Positions 44,536 through 57,077 of a stretch of 64,000 nt of DNA are shown one piece after another. The stretch lies in contig QPMI01000127.1 in assembly GCA_004431415.1 (NCBI GenBank), forward strand, positions 62,001 through 126,000, in the 5' to 3' direction. The stretch is from Cyanophora paradoxa CCMP329 (Eukaryota > Plantae > Glaucophyta). The first letter of the stretch is position 1. Every line of letters begins with the position of its first letter. The notes beneath the pieces are model-generated. The model was not told the DNA's origin. It worked only from the letters and a program-made list of their open reading frames with translations, and ran no database searches. A program made the position numbers and the translations under genes.

Positions 44536-46256
44536 CGGGCAATGATGCGGGAGCGCCCGTGCCCCGTCGGGATGAAGTACGCAATAAGGCCGCCCTGGCC
44601 CATCTTGAAGCTGCGGGGGCACGTGAGGGACACGAGGGGGTACAGGGGGGTCCGGCGCACGCGGAGGTGTACTCCCCGAGGGTGGGGGGTACGAATGTCA
44701 GCGCGTTCTCAGCGAGCCTGGGGTACATGTCAGTGAGGACGGAGAAGGGGTCGGGAGACAAGGGGGGCTAAGACGCGGACATCGAGCCAGCCATTGCCAT
44801 GTCGCCTCGGAAGCCGCCGTCCGGCCTCTGCGGCGCGAGGGGTTGGGCGGGCGGGCGGGCGCGGGCGGGTCGGTGCCGTGGGGGGGGGGGGGGGGTACCG
44901 CACCTCCTCGAACGTGAAGGAGAGGGGCCCGGCGCGGTAGCGGTTGCCCTGCGCGCGGGTTCGAATCCGCGCGGCGGTGGATTCGGGGGCGGGGCGGGCG
45001 CGCCTGGACGCTGTGGTGCGAGAAGGGTACGTGCGTCGGGTCGATCACGTTCTCGACGAGCACCGTGTAGTCTGGGGGGTACGGGGTCAGACTTCAGAGA
45101 CTCGAAGGGGGGGCGGAGCCCAAGGCCCCGGCCGCCGGCACCGTAGGGCCTGCCGGGAGCAGCGATCAGGTAAGGGCGTGGTGTGGGGGGGGGAGAAGAA
45201 GGGGGGTACGGACGCACAGGTCGCGGACGACATCGACGTACTCCATGTCGGGGCGGGCGATGGTCGGGGAGAGGGGTATCGCCTCCTCCGGGCCCTCGCT
45301 CCCCGCGTCCGCCCACAGCTGCCGCGGCTATCAGCTGGGAGAGAAGGCAGGGGCGGGTGGGCGAATGGGTGGGGGGGGGTACGGGCCCAGACGAGGCCCT
45401 GCTTGACGGTGACTTGGTAGGACTTGATGCAGGTGCGGGCCTCGTTGATGGGGACCTCCGCCGGCAGCTGCGGGATCCGCAGGCACTTGCCCGCCCCTGC
45501 GCGCGCGCCTCGGACATCAGCGGCGGTGGCGGCGGCGGCGGCGGCCGCGGCGGCGGGCCCGGGGCCGGGGGAGGCGCGCCGTCGAACTGCCAGCCGTGGT
45601 AGCCGCACTCGAGGGTGCCGGCGCCGCAGCCCTCGGAGCGCGGCACGACGCGGCCCTCCGAGAGCGGCACCGCGCGGTGCGGGCACCGGTCCTCCACGCA
45701 CCGGATCTGCGCGGAGGGCGCCGCTCGGGCGCCGCTCGGGCGGCGAGCGCGCGAGGCGGGACGGGGCGGGGCGCGCCTGGTCATCCTCGTCGGCGCGCCA
45801 CAGCACGAGCGGCTCGTCGAAGAGGGAGAAGCGGTACGGCGTGCCCACGGGGAAGTCCTGCGGGCCGGGCAGACATGTCACGCGCGCCGGCGGCGGTCCG
45901 ACGGTCGGGCCGGGGCGCCGCACCACGAGGGGGGTCACGGGATACCACTGCTTGCGCCAGTCGAAGGTCTGCGCGGCGCTCGCCGGCTGCTCGGCCGGCC
46001 TTGTTTCGGAGGCCGCCGGCGGCGTCGCCTGCATCCGTACGCGTGCCGGAGCGAACGACCGCCGAGCCGCCGCGCGCGCCGCATCGAACCGGGACTGCGG
46101 CGCCCCGGCGCTGAACCTGGCGCCGCGCGCTGGCCGGCTGGCCGCCGAGAACTGGCCGGCAGCGGGGCACGTGCAGGCCCGGCCCGGGGCGCCCGTCGAG
46201 GGCGTGAGAGATCCTTTGGCCCCTGCCAGAAGGCCCTGACCGACCGCGAACGCCAT
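44536..46256 (-). pseudogene. PAO/Tic55-like Rieske oxygenase, 3' truncated (copy A2)
   Basis: Duplicate of 38989-40694. Confidence 0.88.
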
Positions 46257-46374
46257 ATCGGAAGTCTCGAGTCCCTGCGACTCTGAATTTGTGTACCCCC
46301 TCAGTCCCAGGCCCAGGCCCGCCTGGGCCCGCCTCACGCCAGCGCTAGCACAGCAGTCCGATCGACGGCGCGGG

Positions 46375-48478
46375 ATGGGAAACCAGCTCGGTAAGCGCAA
46401 GAGAGAGGATGCGTCTCCCGGGGACGCGCACCCGCCCGCATCCTGCAGCGAAGATCAGCCATCAGCGCCAGTCGAAGATGCGGAGATCGAGCCGCTGCCC
46501 CGTTCAGTTCTTTCGCGCTTATTCGCCATTCGCCGCTTCGCCCCGAAACCGGAATCTCCGACGGACGATACCCCAGCGGGGGCTGCAACCGAAGCCGCGC
46601 CGGGGGAAGCGGCATCGCCCTTCAGGCATCTGCCAGACGGCGTGCTCTCACAGATCTTCGAGCTCCTGGGCCTGCGGACCGTGGCCGTCGCGCGCTTGAT
46701 GTGCCGCCGCTGGCGCAACGTGGCCGAGACGTTCGAGTGGCGCAATCTGGAGCTTGCGGTGGAGAGCGTCGAGCAACTGGATCAGATCGCGAGCCAGATC
46801 GCGAGTGGAGGCCAGGAGTGCGGGGGCCGGCGGTGGATCCGCTTGGCGCCCGGCGCGTCGCTGCGCCTGGAGGTGGACCGGAGAGCGGGCGTTCTCCGGG
46901 CGTCGGACGGCCAGAAGAGCCCGTGGGAGGCCGCCCTCGCGCTCGCGTCGGCGTGCGCGGCGGCGAGCGGCGGCCTCGGCGAAGTCGACCTCACCTGCGA
47001 CTCCTCCGGGCCCTCGCGCTCCTGCTTCGGCGGCCTTCTCGGCGCCCTCGCGCCGCCCGGCGGCGCCGCCTGCGCCGCCCTCCGCAGCGTCTCGATCCAG
47101 GCGCGCGGCCTCTTCTCCTCCTACGACTGCAAGGGCCTCCCCGCCCCTGCCGAGTTCGAGCCGCTCCTCCGCCCCTTCCCCAACCTCGAGGGCCTCTCGC
47201 TCCCCGTCTGCTGCACCGCCGACCGCGCATCGGCCGCCGCCCTCGCCCAATCCCTCCCGCGCCTCAAGCGGGTGCGCCCTGCCCTTGCGCCCCGCGCCCG
47301 CGCGAGCCCTCAATGCACCGTCCGCAGCTGGAGATGAGCGTGGGGCGCTTCGACGCCGTGGCGGGCCTGGCGTCCCTCTCCTCTCTGGAGTTTCTCCAGA
47401 TCCACAACGAGGCCTTCGAACCCCCCGACGCGGCGCCCCTCATCGAGGGCCTCGCCTCCGGCCCCGCCGCGCGCTCCCTCAAAGAGTGAGCGGGCGGGGG
47501 GCGTTGCTGATCCGCCCCTGCTCCCGCCCTCCTCGGGCTGACTTTCCTCGTCCTTCTAGGCTCTTCTGCGTCGCGGATCTCTCCGGGGCGGCCCTGCGCG
47601 CCCTGCCGCGCCTCGCCGCACTCGAGAGCTTCTGCGGGCCTCTCGGGGTACGCCGCCCCGACCCTCCCTGCCCGCCCGCCCGCCCGCCCGCGGTCGCCCG
47701 ACCCCGCGCAGCTCAAGGCCGACGCGGGCGCCGATGACGTGGCGGCCCTCGGCTCCTGCGCGGCGCTGAAGAGCGTGGGGCCGCTGCACCTGCACTCAGG
47801 GCCCCCGGCGATCAGGGGCGCGCCGGGGAGCAGCTCGCCGGGCTCGTGGCGGCCCTCGGGCGCTCCTCCTCCATCGCCGACCTCGAGCTGCGCCTCGGCA
47901 CGGCAGAGACGCCGCCCGGGGCCACCGAGCTCGAAGCGCTCGCGGCGCTGGCCGGCGCGGCCCGCGGGCGCCTCTCGCTGGAGCTGGAGGTGGACCTCGA
48001 GCCGGGCTGGCCGGCGCAGGCCGCCGCGGCGCTGGCGCCGGCCCCGCCCCGCCGCCTCGTCCTCTCGGCCACCGTCAGCGAGCCGGCCATGGAGGGCGGC
48101 TGGCTGGCCGGCCTCGCCGCCTTCGCCAACTGCTCAGAGGACATCGAGGTCCGCCCGCCCGCCCGCCCGCCGCGCCCTTGCCTGCGCCCCGGCTCAAGCT
48201 TAGGCATGCTAAGCTTGCAAAGCTGAGTAGACGAGGAGCTGAGGGCGGGGCGGCAGGTGCGGGTGCGCACGGGGAGCGACGGGGAGGACGGGGGCGGGTT
48301 CGGCCGGGAGCGGGCGATGGAGGGGGCGGGGGGCGGCTCGGGCCCTCCCCTCCGCCCGCGTCGGCTTCCGCGGCCGTGCCATCGACGCCGGATCCGAGCT
48401 CGGGATCGACATCTAGCAGGGGCGGCGAGCGCAGGCAGGTCTGCCCCCGCGCGCCCGAGCGCATGCGCAGCTAGTTAA
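46375..48478 (+). CDS. F-box/LRR-like protein, second full copy
   Basis: Duplicate of 40817-42922. Confidence 0.8.
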
Positions 48479-48645
48479 GCCGACTCGACTTTCTGTCTAA
48501 TTGCTCCGGATCCAGTCCTCCAGTTCCGGAATCCGGCTTTTTCGACTTGTCCCTTGTAGCCGGCGCCTTGTTAACATTGCAGGAAAATACTCGAACAGAA
48601 ATAAGGGGGCAGGCGCCTGCGGCTAGCGAGGTTAGGAACGGGGGT

Positions 48646-51158
48646 CTACTTGAAGCTGAGCTGGTTCAGCTGCGACTGGAGCAGCGCGTCCAGGCTCGCC
48701 CCTGCGTCGCCCGCCGCCGCCGCCGTCAGAAACAAGCGGGGAGGCAAGCAAAAGACGGGGCGCGCACCGCCCTGCGCGGGAGCGGGGCTCCCCGCTGGCC
48801 GCGGCGGGACGGGGGACGGCGCCGGGGACGGGGAGGGGGCCGGGGAGTGCATGGGGAAGCCTGCGCCCATCATGCCCATCGGCTGCTGCTGGAAGAAGGG
48901 CTGCGGGGCGGCGGGGCCGGCGGGGGGCGGGCCGCCCAGCATGCCCGGCGGGCCCGCCATCGCCATGGGCGACATCCGCGCCTGCTGCGCCTGCTGCTGC
49001 TGCTGCGCCATCATCATGGCGGGCTGGCCCATCAGGGGCGACGCCCGCGCCGCCATCGGCTGCTGCTGCGCGTTGAGCATCTGGAGCTGCTGGAGCTGCG
49101 CGGCGCGCTGCCCGGGGCCGGCCTGGAAGGGGACCTGCACGGAGGAGGCGGTGGCGGGGATCGAGAAGGCCGCCGCCGCCGGCGCCGCGACGGCGAAGGC
49201 GCCCCAGTCCAGAAAGGCGGGGGGGGAGGGGCCCGGGGACTGCCCGGGGGGCGAGGCGGAGGGCGGGGGTAGCTCGAGGGCGCGGGGGCCGGCAGCTTCG
49301 AGAAGTCGGCGAAGAAGTCGTCCCCCCCGGCCGAGGGGGCGCTCGAGGGGGCCGGCGAGGCCGCCGGCGGCGGCGGCGTCGGCGAGGGGGCGGGGGCGCC
49401 GCCGCCCGGCCCGCCCCACTCGAACAGGTCCAACAGATCCGAGGCGCCCGCCGCCGGCCGCGCGGGTGCGGTCGGCGCGGCCGGCGCTGCTGCCCTACTG
49501 GGCCCTGCCGCCGACCCACCGCCGCCGCCGCCGCCGCCGCCGCCACCGCTGCCGATCCAGTCCACCATATCGAAGAGGCCCTTTGTGTCAGCCGGGGGCT
49601 TGGGCGAGGGCGAGGGCGAGGGCGAGGCCGCCGGCGCCGGCGCCGGCGAGGCCCGCGCGGCTGCGGCTGCGGGGCGCGTCAGGCGCCGCGGGGAGCTGGG
49701 CGGGGCGGCAAGGGGCGGGGTGGACCGCCGCGCGCGGAGTCGTCAGAGGGGGTGGGCGAGGCCGAGGGGGAGGCCCGCACGAGGGCGGGTAGGGGCGTGC
49801 GGGAGCGAACCTGCGGGCAAAGGCTCAGAGAGGGGGGTACAGGGGGCGCGGGGCGGGGCGGAGCGCACGGGAAGGGACGAGGCGCCGACCTCCTTCATGA
49901 CGGCCTCCAGGCGCTGCAGGACCTGGGGTACGGGATTCAGGGGGGGGGCGGGGCGGGGGTACGGGAACTCGCCTGGAAGATGTCGGGGCGGGTGGCGGGG
50001 TCGGGGTTGAGGAGGAAGCGGATGAGCTGGTTGATCGACTCGGGGTGCCGAACGAACTGAGGGGGCCCTCAGGCCGGCTGGAAGGGGGGTACGGGGATGC
50101 CCGGGGGTACGCGAACCTCGGGGAACTTGTACTGCGCGTTGATGATCGCGAGGGGCCCCGCGTTGTCGAACGGCTGCTGGAAGAAGACGATCGTGTACAG
50201 GATGCAGCCCAGCGCCTGTGGGGGTACAACGCGTCAGGGGAAATCGTCGGTTGGCGGGGGGGGAGGGGGGGGGACGAGGGACTGGCGAGGGGGTACGCGC
50301 CCAGATGTCGACCTTCTCGTTGATGAGGTCCTTCCTGTAGAGGTCGCACACCTCCGGCGCCCGGTACATCATCGTCGAGAACCTGGGGGTATGAGCGCGC
50401 TCATCAGCCGGGGCCCGGGCGTACGGGATCGGATGATGCGGGGGGGGGGGGGGGAATCGGGGCGGGGGTACCGCTGGATGCGGTCCTACTCGTCGAGCAT
50501 CTCCTGGCGGGTGAGGTACTTCTTGGCGCGGGTCGTGCAGCTCCCGAAGTCGCAGAGCTTGTAGTCCCCGTTCTCGTGCCGGATCACGTTCTCCACCTGC
50601 GCGCCGCGTGACCCTAGCGCGGGCGCGGGCGCGGCGGGAGGGCGGGCGGGCGAGGCCGGGCAGCGGGCCTTGAGGTCGCGGTGGGCGATGGGCGGGCTCT
50701 GGCAGTGCAGGTGCGCCACGGAGAGGCAGACCTGGTAGAAGATCTGGAGGGCCTCGCCCGGCGGGAACTTGGCCCCGTTCCGCTTCCCGATGATGTCCAC
50801 GAGGTGCCCGCCTGCCGCCGGGTCGCGCGCGCGCGGCGCGGGGGGCGGCGGACCGCGCGGGGCGCACCGGAGCAGAGCTCCATGAGCATGAAGACCTCGC
50901 GCTGGTTCGGGTTCTGCTGGCTCGGCAGGATCGCCGACGCGTAGAGCCGCACGATCAGCGGGTGCGGCGGGAGCGACTTCTGCCCGCGGCGGGCGTCAGC
51001 AGAGCGGCGCGGGACGGGCCGGGCCTCGCGGCGCGCCATGACTCGGATCTCCTCCTCGGCCAGCCGCAGCGTCTCCGCGTCGTGGGCGAGCACGCGCTTC
51101 AGAGCATACAGCTCGTTCGTCTCCCTGTCCGTCGCGATGTGCAGGATTGAGTAGCCGT
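48646..51158 (-). pseudogene. NAK kinase copy B1, lacks exon 1, premature stop
   Basis: TAG at 50486-50488 (LDE*DR versus LDEEDR in the other copies). Confidence 0.85.
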
Positions 51159-51440
51159 CTGCGCCGGGCTCGGGTACGCGGGGGCAGGCGAGGTGGCGGC
51201 GCGGCAGTGCGCGCACCAGGGCACGAATGACAGGGGCACCAGCGCGCTCAGCCGCACGGCGCCGGCCCGCACGGCTTGCACTGGGCTGGGCGGGTACGCG
51301 AATGATTTTCTTGCCACAGGATACCCAAGCCATACAGCCGTAGACGTCGACTGCGTAGTCCCCCTCAGCCATCGAGCCGCAGCGCTTGCTTACCGCTAAG
51401 CAGCTTTTGGGCGGAGGTCACCCGGCATCTGCTGCGCCAG

Positions 51441-52147
51441 ATGGCCACGACGGATGAGTCGAAGCTGAAGGTATGTATATCAAGCTTAAGCGCGTCATGA
51501 TAACTCTTCGCCAAGTGCTGCGCAATGCGGAATGCGACCGCGCGGCGGGGTTTGCGCAGGAGATGGAGGCGAAGATGGCCACCAAGAAGGATGTCGAGGT
51601 GCTTAGCGGCTTGCCCTCTTCGTCAGGCGCTACGCCATCTGGAATGCACATGCGACCGCGCGGCGGGGTTTGCGCAGGAGATGGAGGCGAAGATGGGGCA
51701 TGATCTCAAGGTGCTCAGCGGCTTAATTAACAAGCTTTCTCTTCGTCAAGCGCTACGCCATCCGGAACGTGACCGCGCGGTGGGGTTTGCGCAGGCGTTG
51801 GAGGCGAAGATGGCCACCAAGGACGATCTCAAGGTGCTCAGCGGCTTTCTCTTCGTCAAGCGCTACGCCATCCGGAACGTGACCGTGCGGTGGGGTTTGC
51901 GCAGGGGTTGGAGGCGAAGATGGCCACCAAGGACGATCTCAAGGTGCGTAGCGGCTTGCTCTTCGTCAACGCTACGTCATTCGGATCCGGAATGTGACCG
52001 CGCGCCTTGCAATTTGGTTTTGATATTGTGCAGGCGATGGAATCGAGGCTGAAACAGGTCCGCTCCTTGTAGTGCTGTGGGATATGCGCTCTAGATCTGA
52101 CGGGATCGTGAGGTAGGTTGTGGTGGATGCAGTTGCGCGAGCAGTAG
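51441..52147 (+). CDS. Microexon gene encoding a ~72 aa coiled-coil repeat peptide (MEAKMATKDDLK)
   Basis: Phase-0 exons 51441-470, 51560-598, 51678-710, 51795-833, 51905-943, 52034-057 and 52133-147, all separated by GT..CAG introns. Confidence 0.65.
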
Positions 52148-52874
52148 CGCAAGAAATTGTGCGTCTTTACAATGAGTCGCACCATCTGTAGCTCTTCTTT
52201 GTCTAGATCAGACTTCGACCTCCACTGATCAAGAAGCGCTCTTTGCAGTCGACCAGAATCAAGATCGTCGAAGATGTCGCCCAGCAGGTCTGTCTCTTGC
52301 TTTTGTGATCCCATGGTTGGATTTTATGCTGTCAGTCAGGTCGAGGTCGGGTTTCTCGATTCCCTCCTAGCAACCGTCGCGCACGCCTGGAACTGCATCG
52401 CAGACAAACTGGGCCGCTCGCGCTGTAAGGAGCATCGCCTCAAAGCTCATGATCAGTAATGTGAATCGCATATGGGAAGTCATAGCCTCGATCGCCTTCA
52501 TCATCGGTCTTGCGCTGATTGCCTCTGGTCACACCAAGGCTGGCCCAATTTGCCTGTTCATATCCTCGTTCGCCTTATCCAGCAGAAAGAGCCACTGGCC
52601 AAAGCTCAAGCTCGTGTTGGTCGCTGATTCCTCCCCATCTGGCCCATCTTCAAATTCTTCCGCCCGGGTGGCACCAGCTGCAGTACCCGCCTCGCAGTAG
52701 GCGCCTAGGCCTGGAGCCTTTTTCTGTTCTCTCTTCCCCTTAAAGCCCCTAGTTTTTCCTTCGTCTTGCAGTTATCCCGACTCATTAGTCCTAGTAGCTC
52801 TTCATGACTCTTCGGTGATGTACCTCTATCAACGTAACGTCGGCATCATGATTGACTGTCCGACGGTCCCCTGC

Positions 52875-55364
52875 CTACTTGAAGCTTAGCTGGCTCAGCT
52901 GCGACTGGAGCAGCGCGTCCAGGCTTGCCCCTGCGCCGCCCGCGCCGCCACCGTCAGAAAACAAGCGGGGAGGGAAGGGGCCGGGCCCGCACCGCCCTGT
53001 GCTGGGGCGGGGCTCCCCGCCGGCCGAGGCGGGACGGGGGACGGCGCCAGGGACGGGGAGGGGGCCGGGGAGTGCATGGGGAAGCCGCCGCCCATCATGC
53101 CCATCGGCTGCTGCTGGAAGAACGGCTGCGCTCCGGCGGGGCCGGCGGGGGGCGGGCCGCCCAGCATGCCCGGCGGGCCCGCCATCGCCATGGGCGACAT
53201 CCGCGCCTGCTGCGCCTGCTGCTGCTGCTGCGCCATCATCATCGCCGGCTGGCCCATCAGGGGCGACGCCCGCGCCGCCATCGGCTGCTGCTGCGCGTTG
53301 AGCATCTGGAGCTGCTGGAGCTGCGCGGCGCGCTGCCCGGGGCCGGCCTGGAAGGGGACCTGCACGGAGGAGGCGGTGGCGGGGATCGAGAAGGCCGCCG
53401 CCGCCGGCGCCGCGACGGCGAAGGCGCCCCAGTCCAGGGAGGCGGGGGGGGAGGGGCCCGGGGACTGCCCGGGGGGCGAGGCGGAGGGCGGGGGTAGCTC
53501 GAGGGCGCGGGGGCCGGCAGCTTCGAGAAGTCGGCGAAGAAGTCGTCCCCCCCGGCCGAGGGGGCGCTCGAGGGGGCCGGCGAGGCCGCCGGCGGCGGCG
53601 GCGTCGGCGAGGGGCGGGGGCGCCGCCGCCCGGCCCGCCCCACTCGAACAGGTCCAACAGATCCGAGGCGCCCGCCGCCGGCCGCGCGGGTGCGGCCGGC
53701 GCGGCCGGCGCTGCTGCCCTGCTGGGCCCTGCCGCCCCTGCGCCGCCGCCGCCGCCGCCGCCACCGCTGCCGATCCAGTCCACCATATCAAACAGGCCTT
53801 TCGTGTCGGCAGGGGGCTTGGGCGAGGGCGAGGGCGAGGGAGACGCCGCCGGCGCCGGCGAGGCCCGCGCGGCTGCGGCTGCCGGGCAGGTCAGGCGCTG
53901 CGGGGAGCGGGGCCGGGCGGCGAGGGGCCGGGCGAACCGCCGCGCGCGGAGTCGTCCGAGGGGGTGGGAGAGGCCGAGGGGGAGGCCCGCACGAGGGCGG
54001 GTAGGGGCGTGCGGGAGCGGACCTGCGGGCAAAGGCTCGGAGAGGGGGCTACAGGGGGCGCGGGGCGGGGCGGAGCGCACGGGAAGGGACGAGGCGCCGA
54101 CCTCCTTCATGACGGCCTCCAGGCGCTGCAGGACCTGGGGTACGGGATTCAGGGGCGGCTGGGGCGGGGCTGGGGTACGGGAACTCGCCTGGAAGATGTC
54201 GGGGCGGGTGGCGGGGTCGGGGTTGAGGAGGAAGCGGATGAGCTGGTTGATCGACTCGGGGTGCCGCACGAACTGAGGGGGCCCTCAGGCCGGCTGGAAG
54301 GGGGGTACGGGGATGCCCGAGGGGTATGCGAACCTCGGGGAACTTGTACTGCGCGTTGATGATCGCGAGGGGCCCCGCGTTGTCGAACGGCTGCTGGAAG
54401 AAGACGATCGTGTACAGGATGCAGCCCAGCGCCTGTGGGGGTACAACGCGTCAGGGGAAATCGTCGGTTGGCGGGGGGGGAGGGGGGGGACGAGGGACTG
54501 GGGAGGGGGTACGCGCCCAGATGTCGACCTTCTCGTTGATGAGGTCCTTCCTGTAGAGGTCGCACATCTCCGGCGCCCGGTACATCATCGTCGAGAACCT
54601 GGGGGTACGAGCGCGCTCATCAGTCGGGGCCCGGGGGTACGGGATCGGATGATGGGGGGGGAGAATCGTGGCGGGGGTACCGCTGGATGCGGTCCTCCTC
54701 GTCGAGCATCTCCTGGCGGGTGAGGTACTTCTTGGCGCGGGTCGTGCAGCTCCCGAAGTCGCAGAGCTTGTAGTCCCCGTTCTCGTGCCGGATCACGTTC
54801 TCCACCTGCGCCCCGCGTGAGCCGAGCCGAGCGCGGGCGCGGCGGGCGGGCGGGCGGGCGAGGCCGGGCGGCGAGCCTTGAGGTCGCGGTGGGCGATGGG
54901 CGGGCTCTGGCAGTGCAGGTGCGCCACGGAGAGGCAGACCTGGTGGAAGATCTGGAGCGCCTCGCCGGCGGGAACTTGGCCCGTTCCGCTTCCCGATGAT
55001 GTCCACGAGGTGCCCGCCTGCCGCCGGGTCGCGCGCGCGCGGCGCGGGGGGCGGCGGACCGCGCGGGGCGCACCGGAGCAGAGCTCCATGAGCATGAAGA
55101 CCTCGCGCTGGTTCGGGTTCTGCTGGCTCGGCAGGATCGCCGACGCGTAGAGCCGCACGATCAGCGGGTGCGGCGGGAGCGACTTCTGCCCGCGGCGGGC
55201 GTCAGCAGAGCGGCGCGGGACGGGCCGGGCCTCGCGGCGCGCCATGACTCGGATCTCCTCCTCGGCCAGCCGCAGCGTCTCCGCGTCGTGGGCGAGCACG
55301 CGCTTCAGAGCATACAGCTCGTTCGTCTCCCTGTCCGTCGCGATGTGCAGGATTGAGTAGCCGT
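52875..55364 (-). pseudogene. NAK kinase copy B2, lacks exon 1
   Basis: HRDLK, DFG and YRAPE present; upstream replaced by the lower-GC segment. Confidence 0.85.
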
Positions 55365-55644
55365 CTGCGCCGGGCTCGGGTACGCGGGGGCAGGCGAGGT
55401 GGCGGCGCGGCAGTGCGCGCACCAGGGCACGAATGACAGGGGCACCAGCGCGCTCAGCCGCACGGCGCCGGCCCGCACGGCTTGCACTGGGCTGGGCGGG
55501 TACGCGAATGATTTTCTTGCCACAGGATACCAAGCCATACAGCCGTAGACGTCGACTGCGTAGTCCCCTCAGCCATCGAGCCGCAGCGCTTGCTTACCGC
55601 TAAGCAGCTTTTGGGCGGAGGTCACCCGGCATCTGCTGCGCCAG

Positions 55645-56351
55645 ATGGCCACGACGGATGAGTCGAAGCTGAAGGTATGTATATCAAGCTTAAGCGCGTC
55701 ATGATAACTCTTCGCCAAGTGCTGCGCAATGCGGAATGCGACCGCGCGGCGGGGTTTGCGCAGGAGATGGAGGCGAAGATGGCCACCAAGAAGGATGTCG
55801 AGGTGCTTAGCGGCTTGCCCTCTTCGTCAGGCGCTACGCCATCTGGAATGCACATGCGACCGCGCGGCGGGGTTTGCGCAGGAGATGGAGGCGAAGATGG
55901 GGCATGATCTCAAGGTGCTCAGCGGCTTAATTAACAAGCTTTCTCTTCGTCAAGCGCTACGCCATCCGGAACGTGACCGCGCGGTGGGGTTTGCGCAGGC
56001 GTTGGAGGCGAAGATGGCCACCAAGGACGATCTCAAGGTGCTCAGCGGCTTTCTCTTCGTCAAGCGCTACGCCATCCGGAACGTGACCGTGCGGTGGGGT
56101 TTGCGCAGGGGTTGGAGGCGAAGATGGCCACCAAGGACGATCTCAAGGTGCGTAGCGGCTTGCTCTTCGTCAACGCTACGTCATTCGGATCCGGAATGTG
56201 ACCGCGCGCCTTGCAATTTGGTTTTGATATTGTGCAGGCGATGGAATCGAGGCTGAAACAGGTCCGCTCCTTGTAGTGCTGTGGGATATGCGCTCTAGAT
56301 CTGACGGGATCGTGAGGTAGGTTGTGGTGGATGCAGTTGCGCGAGCAGTAG
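55645..56351 (+). CDS. Microexon gene, copy 2
   Basis: Duplicate of 51441-52147. Confidence 0.6.
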
Positions 56352-57077
56352 CGCAAGAAATTGTGCGTCTTTACAATGAGTCGCACCATCTGTAGCTCTT
56401 CTTTGTCTAGATCAGACTTCGACCTCCACTGATCAAGAAGCGCTCTTTGCAGTCGACCAGAATCAAGATCGTCGAAGATGTCGCCCAGCAGGTCTGTCTC
56501 TTGCTTTTGTGATCCCATGGTTGGATTTTATGCTGTCAGTCAGGTCGAGGTCGGGTTTCTCGATTCCCTCCTAGCAACCGTCGCGCACGCCTGGAACTGC
56601 ATCGCAGACAAACTGGGCCGCTCGCGCTGTAAGGAGCATCGCCTCAAAGCTCATGATCAGTAATGTGAATCGCATATGGGAAGTCATAGCCTCGATCGCC
56701 TTCATCATCGGTCTTGCGCTGATTGCCTCTGGTCACACCAAGGCTGGCCCAATTTGCCTGTTCATATCCTCGTTCGCCTTATCCAGCAGAAAGAGCCACT
56801 GGCCAAAGCTCAAGCTCGTGTTGGTCGCTGATTCCTCCCATCTGGCCCATCTTCAAATTCTTCCGCCCGGGTGGCACCAGCTGCAGTACCCGCCTCGCAG
56901 TAGGCGCCTAGGCCTGGAGCCTTTTTCTGTTCTCTCTTCCCCTTAAAGCCCCTAGTTTTTCCTTCGTCTTGCAGTTATCCCGACTCATTAGTCCTAGTAG
57001 CTCTTCATGACTCTTCGGTGATGTACCTCTATCAACGTAACGTCGGCATCATGATTGACTGTCCGACGGTCCCCTGC

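Larger units (their letters stand above)
36371..48645. repeat. Tandem array A, ~5.55 kb unit (starts 36371, 41918, 47477)
   Basis: Near-identical sequence recurs with period 5547-5559. Confidence 0.95.

Noticed and set aside
51530-52000. CRISPR-like periodic repeats
   Set aside because: The whole unit is repeated with no unique spacers, there are no cas genes, and exon-intron duplication explains it.
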